This document shows positions 49,284 to 61,200 of a stretch of DNA of 64,000 bases, one piece after another. The stretch lies in NCBI RefSeq assembly GCF_001949145.1, contig NW_019091362.1, positions 2,363,838 through 2,427,837 of the forward strand. Reading direction: 5' to 3'. This stretch comes from Acanthaster planci. Lineage: Eukaryota. Position numbers and translations under genes: made by a program. Every line of letters begins with the position of its first letter. The first letter of the stretch is position 1. The notes beneath the pieces were generated by a model. The model had not been told where the DNA came from, searched no databases, and saw only the letters and a list, made by a program, of their open reading frames with translations.

Positions 49284-52200
49284 CTGATGAGAGAAGAGGA
49301 AACAAGACAGGAAATTATCAACAAAATGACCTTTTAATAAGGCAAGGATAGTCAATGGATGGCAGCCAAACCATTCCGATGTAAAAACAAAAGAACTTTG
49401 ACAAGATTGAATTGTACAAAAGTTCAGTGAGTCTTTTCGGACATTAGCTTTCATTTTTCTTTTCCTGGATTCCTGGACAGAAGTGTTTCCAAATTACAAT
49501 TTAGGATGCCACATTTGCTCAATTGTCAACAAATAATGTTCTGTTCTCTGGTAGCAAAACATTCACAAAAATGCTGTAAAAAAAACCAATTCTGCTTTTT
49601 GTTCAGTGACTACAGAAATGAAGTGCAGCTCAACAAGACACAGACTTTTACATGCATTGTGAGTGCAAGTTGCTTTCTGCACTTGTAAAGCAACTCAGCA
49701 GCTTTTTTCTGCTTGTCAAATGCAGACAGCTAGAGGTGCATTGGTAAGTTGTCTTCTTTCCCATCCAATCATTTTTTTCTTCAAGCACACTACAACGCAA
49801 AAGCCAAAGCACGGTCTTAATTTAAAGTCTGCAGACTGAAACAAAAATGTCACAAATACACAACAGAAATAAAAACATACTTCAATTAAATGCCAGTATC
49901 GCATTACTAATAACAAAAACTATGCTTTGTACTTGGAATGCGGTGTCTCTCATACTAACGGAAAATTGATTTCATCTCAAAAACAACTTGGACTAGTACG
50001 AGTCATGATGTTCAACATTTGCAAGCAACAAACACTGATACAATTCAACACATGCAAAAGGAAAGGTCCTGTGCATTGTATAGGTGATCGGCTCTATTGC
50101 CTTTGGAGCTGTTCCACTAGCAGCAAAATTGATTATGGTGTAGAATTGAATCACTGGTGTTGAATCCAATGCTTTAGTGAATGGCCGATGTTTCTCTTTT
50201 ATCTCCACTCCATATGGCTTGTACACAACAATGCTTTAAAATACCAAGGCAACTGGGACTTTTATCTAAAGAAAAGGAACATATCAACATTTAGAAGTCT
50301 GCATTGTAAACAAGATTTAATAAACAGTTTCAAGGTTCCAGAAAAACATAGCCATCACTTCTCATTGGCAATTTCCAGAGACAGCAACCACAACAAGTCC
50401 AGTATCAAAATCACATTACAGAGAAAACCTATCCGAGCAACAAGCTTGCATACTGAACTATGCAGCATCATCTCTGATGTCAACAGACTCCTTTAAATGT
50501 ACTTAGCTTTGGGGTTTGAATTTTCTCAGTTATGTTATGGTTTTTGAAATCTCACATTTACAAAAAAAAAGAGCTGGAAAAACCAAACTGAATTGAGATA
50601 AATTGTTGCACCCAGCTTAATTCAACTGAACTGATCCGATCTGAATTGACATACAAAAGCCGACGGCGTCTGATGATAATCAAGTGACAAACCTAACTAA
50701 TCTGAACAAACTCTACTGAGCTAAACCAACATTACACTCAGTGGAACTAAATGAAATCACAATGAATCACAAGAACTAAACCACATAGACTCGGCCTGAA
50801 AAGCTACTTGCACAAATAATGTACTAATACACTGAACTGAGGGCACTCGTCCAATTGAGTGGAGGTGTTAACACGGTGAATGACAGCACAAAAAATAATA
50901 CTGACAGAAAACACTGAAGATTTGTGGGTAAAAAAATCTACTAGCAGAAGCTACCACAGTGAAAAGCCAGGTACACAAGCACATGCATGTACCATACAGA
51001 ATTCACAAAAGTCACTTGGAACTAGTCTACAGTGGTTAATGGCAGGAACTGTCCATTTACACAATATGCAGTTCACTCATAAGAATGATGCAGAAACGTC
51101 ACATCGATCATGTGCAGAATACATCCAGCCCATCTGTGCTAGAACCTACCTACTAGGTTAAATGGTCGGGCTCGCGCAACTGCGCGGGCTGGAGTACCCA
51201 GAGGCCTCTTGTAAATGCATTAGCATGCTCAGCTGTCGGTTGCAGTGGAGAGAGGAAGGTCAAAGGTTAGAATGAGTGCAGTGTGTTGTTATTGTGATGG
51301 GTTAGTGTGCACTGTGGGCCATGATTCAGAAACCATTATGGAAGTGATTACACAACAATGTTACTTGTGTGCAGGCTTGTTCGGCCATTGTGAATCCTTT
51401 GATATCGAACACTACAAGTTGACTATTCCAGCCACTGACTTCACGGTTGCCTACAGAAAAGTTTTCCCATCGTCGGAATCCTTTGCTATCAATCTGACTA
51501 ACACAAATTAAGTTCATCACAACCCAGTATGTCACCATTCATCCCATTTTATATGTCCCAAACTCAAATAACTGCAGCAGGTACATTTCCAATGCATTTG
51601 CCAGACTTTAACTGGACTGGTTATGAGGATGTCTCACAGAACTTAAGATGTACATGTTTGAGTTGCAATTTCCTACATGTTCATTTGATAAAAACTGATA
51701 ATTCAAATATGCCTGACGATGCTTTGTACCATTCACTCTCGACAGTTTGAAGATTTTTCGGCTGGATTTTTAGTTTTATAAAATACACCATACACTATTT
51801 GCATTTCAAATACTCTTCTTCAATTCAGCATTGCTAGAAAGGCATAGTTACTTCAAGTGCAAACTCTCAAATAAAAAAGATAAACCTTGGTTACTCTGGT
51901 TAATAGGTGCAGATTCTTCAAACCGTATTGCAATACAACTTTTGTTAAGAACTTACCAGGGGATCGCCTTCTGCATCGCTCTGGCCAGACTGTTGACCTT
52001 TCACCCCGGTGTGCATAGTGTAGCCATCAAACCCGACATCCTCAGGCCGCAGCCGTAGCAACGAGGGCCAGTCTTGGCTGCTGGTTGGTTGCCAGGGATA
52101 GCTGTCAATCACCCACTCAGCTGGGTCTTCCCATGATGCCTTGCGACCGTAGAGCTGTGCATGTCCAGAAACAAATGCACACAGTGTGACTAAATTGACA

Positions 52201-55200
52201 TTGATAATCCAGAACATTAAGCAGAGAACACTCTAAAACATTTGCCATGCAAGCCTTCCAATCTAAACAGTTTGTAAGTTTCTCCGCATTACCAGGAAGT
52301 GCCTTTTCATGGACAAGGACTACTATTCCCCCAACCCTTACATCACCAAGATTGGCAGGTATGGTAATCCTTTATTGCTTTATCACTGGTACCCCAAACC
52401 ATGCAGACAACAAAAAAGACATAGGAGAAACCAACTCAGCTGGAAGAGGGACAGTACAATTTCTGAGGTTTTTGTTTGTTTTTTTAAACCAGTAAGAATA
52501 AACTTTTCAGAGACAGAAAACCAATTACAAAGTGATGTCTCAGTCCTTCCTCTTCCTTTTTAAAAAAATTGACGGTATTTTAGTGTACACGTTAACCATT
52601 TCCACTGTAAATTCTGAGTACCCATTTCGAGGTTTAAGGTCTCTTTCAGGTGATCCTGAGCTATATGGACATGCACTCAAACTACTCAAAAGGTATGTGG
52701 GATCTGCACCCTGTTTTAAAGTATGTGGAAGTGAAAGCTCTATCACTTTTTTTCCACTGGCAATCTACTTACCTGTAATCCTTCCCTGACAGCCTCCAGC
52801 AAATAGGGCACGATGGAGTAGTTCCAGAGGTCTGTGAACCAGACCTGGGAGCCAGCCAAGTCAACGGGACAGGACAGGAAGAGACGGGGCCCAATGGTGA
52901 CGTCGGAGGAGCTGTGAGACTCCAGGAACTTGTTGAGGTGTTGCCAGACCTTAGGGATCCAGTCGATGATCTTGTTGAGGTCATTGTTGCGCACGTTCTC
53001 CCGGATCTCCTTCTCCACCAGCTTGCGGCGAAGGAACCGGCCCAGGAAACCTTTGACGGGCTCCATGTGGTTGGCGCACAGTACCCACCTGGAAATTCCC
53101 CCAGAACGAAAGAAGCTTGGTCTAAAAACTGTCCAGATTTAAGTTATTGGCCTGAGTCCTTCAAAACTGGGGAAAAAAGCCATCTGTGGGACTTGACCAC
53201 ACAACCACCTTCAATTTTTTGTATTATGGTTTTCTGAAATCAAAGCCTTTGAAATATATGGAGACTGGGAAGGATGTCTGAAGAAAATAAGGAAATTCCT
53301 TGAAGCACAAGGCTTTGCAAGGCCTTCTTTTAATTGTAATGGCATCAGTGGGAAGTTAACTGCAAGGAAGTCACCTGATCTGAGAAAGGTTGCATGCTAC
53401 ATTTTAGAACTAAAGTGACACTGAGCTAAAAGGTCTTCATCTCCTAATTCCAACAATTGTTTTTGGCTCATTGATCTGAAGATGAAGATTTAACAGTTTT
53501 TGTTCTTTTACATTTTAAAGCCAACTCCTAAGTCAGATTTCTGCCATCTGCAGGTTCTGTTTCTGAAAGTAAGGATTTGGAATTGTTCCAACTTTACTTG
53601 ATCACTCAGGAAAGCTTTGGAGCTACATGAGTTGCTAACTCAGAGAATTCACTTTGGACTGGATCATTAAAAACCAAAAAGTTGCCAAGGCTGAAAATTT
53701 GGTTGTGGCTGCAGAAAACTGTATTCAAATAAAGATGGAAACTCTCTGCCTCCATTACCTGAAGTTGTGGTGAAGCTGCAGATTGGTGGAGGAACAGGTG
53801 GCCTGGTTCATGGTACCGATGATGAATGGACATTTATGATACTTGTAACTAAGGAAGCCGTTGAAGATGTCTCCAAGGGAACCGACGTGGTGGAGGTTGT
53901 CTAAGATGATGACAGAGGGAAGGTCCGCAGAACTGTGGAAGAAACAAAATATCCAAGTTTCAATTTTTCTCTTCTTTACTTTTAGACACTGCGGTCTAAT
54001 TATCAACTGTTTCCTTCTGGACGGTTGACAAACGGATGCATTGCCTTGTAGTTTGGACAAATGAAAATTTGAGAATGTTTTAACAATTACTTCAACACTT
54101 ATGAAAGTTTACAAGGTACAACACTGAAATGAATCATAACCTTGCCTTTATATCTATGTCGAAGAAAGAATCTGTAAGTCGCAAATAGAAATTTGAAATT
54201 GAGCAGAGTATAGGCAGACAGAGACTTAACTGGTTTGTGTATTTTCTCAAGATAGATTTTACTGTATCTATGAACAGTGAAACTCACCCTGTCTCGCATT
54301 GGTCAGCCACATTTGTGAGGTACTGTTTCAGCTCTTTGCTAGATTTGTGGTCTACGTTGAAGATGGCTATGGTCGACTCAGAAGATTCCTTCCCGCTCCT
54401 GGACAAAGTGATTAAAACAAAGAGAGATACGACATAACATAAGGGAAGACCTGGCCTGACAGTGCCAACCTTTTGGCTGCCTGTGTTTGTAATTATTCCC
54501 ATCAACTTTAACAGTCCTGAATATTGCAACAGTTGGAATATTCAGGACTGCTGGGCTGAATAAAGGCCACAAAAATCCTCCAAGCAAAGAGTTCAAAACT
54601 GGCTGGTTAAAAAGACCTGCAATGCTGGAACATTCCTTGGCATTTTGGATTGTTTGGGGCGAGAGGAGGAGAATTGGATGCAATTAAGTTTGGTTGGTCA
54701 AAATGGCATTTTAAAGAAATCAAAACAGTGGCCAAAACGTACACTTGCGGAAACTGAAGAAAAAAATGTAAAAAATGAGTTAAATGCCAGGATTCTTTGG
54801 AAGAATATTGGATTTAAAATTCAGTTTGAGAACATCAAAGTGAAGTAATTTGCCATTTTGACATATGAAAGTGACTAAATGTTGCATTTCAAACTCAAAC
54901 TTGGCAATACACAGCATTGGTTGATTCTGGCTTAACCTGAAAATTAGCATCGGAATTTTTTTTCCCGTGACAGGGTAGTTTCCAGCCCGGAAGCCTCACC
55001 TCTGAACAATGTGATCAGCTAGCCTCTGAGCTAGGAAAGTCTTCCCCGTTCCGCTAGGTCCACATAGGATAATCCTTCGGTGCTCAAGAAGCAAGGAGAT
55101 GTACCTCTGTAGGATTGGCTTAGGGATGAGTGTTTCAAAGACCAGGCGATCACAGCTATTCTGCTGTACGCCTGCAAATGAAAGGGATCGGAACTCAATC

Positions 55201-58200
55201 AGTTCAGGAAATCACCAATCGCAGTATTTATTATTGTTTCAGACTCAGAAATCAGCTAAGTGACCCAGGCAAGCTTGGGAATAAAGCGATTAAGACATCT
55301 ACGCTACAAGCAGGAGGTTTTTTTAAGTCCTACCTATTGCTTACAAGCTTTTGCACCATACTGAGTACAGAACTCTGCACACAATGAGCAATGAAAATCA
55401 AGACTCAAATGATCTCTCATGTCAATGGGCTGAAGTAAGCCAAACAGTGCCCTCAATTGTAGGTGTACGAAGCCAATAGATCATGGACTCACCTTTGACA
55501 TGTATCTGGATAGATGTGTTATCACCCACAAGATACCCACAGGGCAAGAGTTCTGGCGGATCCGAGTCTTTGGTTCTTGTGATCTCCCCAACGACATAAC
55601 TATGTACACTCTCTGCACTGAGCCCGATGTTTGTCACGGGGTCTATTCTTAATACATACTCCTGTAGGAATGACACGGATAGGAACAGCAGTTGTTATCA
55701 AGGCGTAAATTTACTAGCTGTGTCAACAAGCACACCGGTGTTCAAGAGATTGGCCTTTGCGATATTTTCTTCTATTCTGGGTAAATTGGATTTGGTTGAG
55801 GTGCCATTGGCCAAGGTTCCAAGGTTGGATTGAGGCTGGACTGGGTCAGATTGGATTTGGTATGGTTCAAGATCCCTTAAGAAGAGTTTAGCTAGGCTGG
55901 GTTAGACTGAGTAGGGTTTGCTGCAGTGTCGCCCTTGATGGGGGTAAGGTACGATTGACTTGATGTGGGTTTGATTGAGATGGGGCTCCACTAAAGAACT
56001 GTGGTATCCTTTAGGGGAGTGATGGGTTTAAATGGGCTATGCTGGGTTTGGGTTGGATTGAAATGGGCTTAATTTCATTGTGTTAGTTTGGGATGGATTC
56101 GGTAGGTGAAGTTGGCAACTGATGCCCCTGTACAAACCTTGAATATTCTCTTGACAACGCTGTCTAACGTGTCCCAGTTTGTCTTACTGCTGATTCCTAT
56201 TGTGCCAATGAACACTTCCTGTTGTTTTGGCATGACGTTCTGTGAGTTGAAATAAAGGTATTCAATTCTTTAACAACTGCAAAATCTCAAAGAATCAGGA
56301 AAACAAACCATTCCTTTTTTGCATGAAATATACAGACTGCACCTCTTGGACTAAATGTTCACAAGACAGAAAATGGAAGCTAGCATAAGCAAATGCAGGA
56401 AACACAAACTCTGAGAAAGGACTGCAATTAGTTGCAAGCAATGAGATCATGTGAACATAATCCTGGAAGGGTTCAAATTGCGTCCAAATTTTGAAGAGCA
56501 AGCATCCTTTACAATAACAGACATGAGGAGTTTCTGGACAGTGTTTCTGAAAAATGGAGGTTGAGAGATTGAGGAGAATTGGGCAATACCTCTGCTTGCT
56601 TGACAGCTTCAGGCAGACTGTTGACGGCAACCGTCACAATAATACGTTGACTGTTGTTTGTCATACCAGAATTGTCGTCCAGTAAAATGTCTGAAAAAAA
56701 AGGCAACCAAGAAAATTCATTCACAGTAGATAAACAAGCAAACATAGCCATCTGCCAGGCCTGTACAGAATTTGCAGCAAAAATTCACGCCAATCTCATT
56801 GAGGGAAGATTTTTGGAAGGGTGGATTGGCTAAGTTAATGGCTAACTTACTCTGTTTTTCATCTGACCCATATTTGTTGAGTGGAAGAAAAATTCTTTTC
56901 TGAAGAACCATCGCAGGAAGTTTGGAATGCTGGTCATTTTCTTTATCCTGTGTGGCTTTTGGTTTCTCCCTCTGTTGGTTTCAACAGCTCAACCATCCCA
57001 CCACCCTAACAAATTCTGTATCTGCAACTGCATTTAATAATCACCATGGCAGTGACGCATCGTCGTTCAGTTGAAAATGAACTGGTTAGAGTGCAACACG
57101 GCTCAACATACCTAGACTGCCGTGGTCTGAGTTCATGCTCAGCCGATGCCTGTCCAGTGAGTCTCGGCTGAGCCGCTTGGAAGATCCTAGGGAGTTGAGC
57201 GAGGCTTGGGAGGAGCTGGCATCCAGCGAGCGTTGGGCCACCACCTGCCGTTGCAGTCGTTCATTCTCCTGCTTGAGCGTGCTCAGCTCATTCTGTCAAA
57301 TAAGAGAGGATGATTAAGAAAATTGGATTCCAAGACAAGGATTGCAATTTTCTTATCGACCATTGATAGTTTTAAAGGTGACCAATGTCATAAAGAATTA
57401 GAATTAGAGAAAAAATCTTGACCTAAGGCAACTTCCTCTGAGGCATGAAATGGGTCTTCTTAAAGCTTGTTCAGTTGTGTCTTCAACAGAAATTCCAACA
57501 ATCATGCTTAACAATGTTAGAAGCACAAATAATGCCAAAAAAGATCCCAACAAGAACAAATAGATAGGTTGTGTTCCATTATCTATTCTTATTTACATTT
57601 TCTGAACCAAGTTCATCTAATTTTGTAGAGGTTGTCTCCTGTACCTTCTCTCATGCCGTCTTAACTGAATAGCTGAAAAACACTTTATACAATTCATTCC
57701 ATCTCAATGCCAACTGCAGAGCACTGTCTTTTGAGTAGCCTACAAAACTCGCCCGTAGCCCTACAACCCTCCCACCATGACAAGCTCTCAGCCTGCCCAC
57801 CTTCATCTTGCTCATGGATTCCTTCATCTGGTCCAGCTGATGCTGGGAGCTGAGTGCCTCCAGCTTGACGTCCGTCAGCTTGCTCTCTTTCTCCCTCAGC
57901 TTCCTCTTCAGGTCATTGATGGTCTCTTGGCTCTTCTCCGCGTCATAGATTCTGCGGGGGTGCCAAATCAGAGATGAAAGTATTGTAAAATCTCAGCATA
58001 AAGTCTTACACAGGGCTGTTGGTAATCCCTTCAGAACTTACGTGCACCAAATCACTGAGAGAAACCTACATTAAGTGTGAAGGTGTGAAACTCCTTGTGA
58101 AATGACACACACATGTAAAGAATTAGAGCAGGTTTACACTGGCAGAAGCAAGTTTAGTCAGGTTAAAAACTACTTGGATGTGGCTGACAATAAGGCAGCT

Positions 58201-61200
58201 ATCTATGGGTAATAGTTGCAGCACCAATCTTTCACTTTCATAGAGGTACATGCTCTTTCTGCACAAGGCCACAGCTACAGCCAAGTAATTTGGACAAAGT
58301 CTCCGAGCACCTGACAAAATAAATTGGTCTGGTCTTTCAAATTCTGTAGGGAGCAACCAGATGTACAACTGTCATCAAGGCATATCAGCATGGTACTCAG
58401 TCTGGTACCCCACCCAAATGTAACCCAATACAACTCACGCTGACGTGGATGCAGACGATTTCAGCTGCTGGTTGGCAGGGTAACCGCCACTTTGGAAGGA
58501 ACTGTTGCTCTCTAGGTCCTCCGTGTCTGTCGATGTGCCGTTCTTCTTCTTCCGACTGAAGGCAGCCCGGAAAGAACTTCGGAGCTACAAGGCAACAAAC
58601 AACACAAGTGAAGAAGTCTCAATTGTGTATTTGCAAGCCGTAAATTAAATGGATTACTTTCAGTGACAAACCTCAGTTGTGTAAGATTACAATCTAATCT
58701 ACAGGAAGTCTTGACACCAAAACGCCTTCACGAAAGCCAACAACCATTCATGCCTCGTTGAAAATACCACACATTAAAAAACAAACCAACTGTAACTTGT
58801 CTCTTAACGATCAAGTAGAACAGTGATCATAACTTTGTCACGGTTAAATAAGGATAAGTGAATTTTATTAATCTATCTCAATAGAGGAATAAAATAACAT
58901 GGTGTTTTTGCTAACTAGTAACTAACCAAATCACAAATTTTGAAAACCTGGAGTGATTGAGTCTAGTTCCCTTGGCACTGTTTGCCAGGAATCTTCCTGA
59001 ATCCCTTCCTAATACACCATTCTGCAGGAACAGCACTTTTTCCAATTTTTCAACTTTCAGAGAAAATTAAGCACCACGTTCATGGACAGCTGGTGCTGGA
59101 TGCTGCATGCTTCTCCAATACAGGCTACCGACAGAAATCTGAAAACCAAATTCCAGAACTTTCCAGGACTTTTCAGTCGACAATTTCTGCGACAATGAAT
59201 GCCGATTTCCAGAAAAGAATTATTTAGTATTACAAACTAGAAGACTGCCATATCCACCACTATTAACTGTCAAGGATAGAGTCTGTAAATTATCGCCACT
59301 CTGTTATCATTTCAAAAGCAGCCAATCAGAAACAACCCTTACATGATCTTGATTTGCATGACTTTTCAAGGCAACCTTTTTCCCAGGAATTTCACAATTT
59401 TCCATAGCTGGGGGAACCCTAAAATAGGTACTGCAAAGCCCTAGTGAGTGTTGTGCCACCGTAATAAATAGTGCCTCCTCAGCTAAGTCACTAAATAATC
59501 CATAAACATATATCATAGAAAAACATAAACTCCCATGCTACCACAAAAAATTAACACACACACAAAAAAGTTCAAATGGTGATCTGGGTCATTCTATAAA
59601 TTCAGGGTCCAAAACTGTGACATTGTGGTGTCGCTGTTACTCCTGACCTGTGTAATTCGATATGGAAATATCACTGAAATTGATTTCAAACTATTTCCAT
59701 TTGTTTGGCAGTTAATTTGCATAAATTAATCACTCTCAGAAATTACTGAATGTATTCTGAACTTTAAAATCACATGTCAGATGTGACACAGACACACACA
59801 AAGATGGACCCCAAATTAATGGAGTAGCCCATCTCCCGGTAAAACCAATGACAAAAGAACAAAAATGGGACCATGCAAGAAAAAAATAGCTATACCTTAT
59901 CGCCTGATGATATCTGTGCATGGAAAGATGAATTGGTGAGCAGATGGATGGTGGGATGGGTGGATGATGGAAAGGGTGGAACAGGCAAAAGGCAAAACCA
60001 GAATTAGTGTGGAACAAAGAAACATGGACCAATGGAAATGGTGGTGGGACAAGTCACATGACACATCACATGATCGGTCAGATGACTAGTGCAACTGATC
60101 ATTTTTCTTGGAGCTTTTTGGAAAGATGTAAAGTGGCGATTCAGCTGAAGAGCAACGCGCAACCAAAGGGGATGTATTAAACAAAACTGCAACTGATTAC
60201 ATGCAAGCACAATATTCTCTTTGCTGTTGAAGAATGAAGTCAAAAGCATGTGTGCATAATTGAAGCCAGCTGTGAGCAAGGTACAAATGCTACTAAATTT
60301 CTCAAAATCTATCAGCCAAACTGAAAACGTGGTCAATGACTGCTTCTGAATTTCAACCTAAAACTTAAAACACATAGAGTATCAACAACAGAAAATGGTG
60401 TACCAAATGGTTTCAACCAACAATGCATAAGAGACTTGATTGGCTATTGAAAACAATTGTCATGGGAACACAAAGGATTATGGGGGAAATCTAATCTAGC
60501 CCCAGGTGCTTGGCTGGGGACTTGGCTTCATGTCAAGAGTTTTTACAGTTGGAACCAAATTAAAATACTCTGATTCTGCTTCACATTGGACAGTTGATGC
60601 CTTTGTTGTGGTAAATGGAGCTGAGTTTAAGGGTCTCAACTCCAGGAACTGAACTCATGAAAACGAAGCCTGAGACCCAAGCAAGAGCCAAAGTAAGAGA
60701 ATGTGGGTCCAGATTTAGAAAGAGAAGCTGTAACATGAAATTTGTCTTATTAGGGTGCTCTGAACAAACAGTTAGTCAATACAAGCATCTTCATCAGCTT
60801 GGTACTGAAGATGTACTACATAACCTTTGACCTACCCAGTGCTTCTTTTTCTTGCCGTTCTTCTTGCCGTCTGTGACCTCCGAGTCAGTGACGGCGGACC
60901 CAAAACTGGACATGCTGGTCATGGACGCTAGGCTGGACATGCTGTCAGTGGACAGCTGTCGACTGATTCGTACCTCTGGAACTGCCAAAAAAAAAACAAG
61001 AGGAAGGTTAAAAGCACAAAGCTCGCAAGGACACTGCAGCGGGGAACCGTTTGACACTGACCATTCTTGAAATAAAAGACACAATACTGGAGCAAAAACC
61101 TGTACAGTTCCACCTTTGTAATCAACCATGTATGTATAGAACCACTTAGCAGCCATTTTGATAAGCTACCTACATGTATTTATTATATGTATTCTTAAAG

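Noticed and set aside
53890..53915. Walker B reading DN rather than DE (VIILDNLH)
   Set aside because: As far as I recall this is the normal state in neuron navigator proteins, so it is not novel.
55780..56110. Degenerate GGGTT/GGATT pentamer-like tract (and an AACTG-like tract at about 50580-50840)
   Set aside because: Decayed low-complexity repeat, not true TTAGGG telomeric array; no evidence of function.
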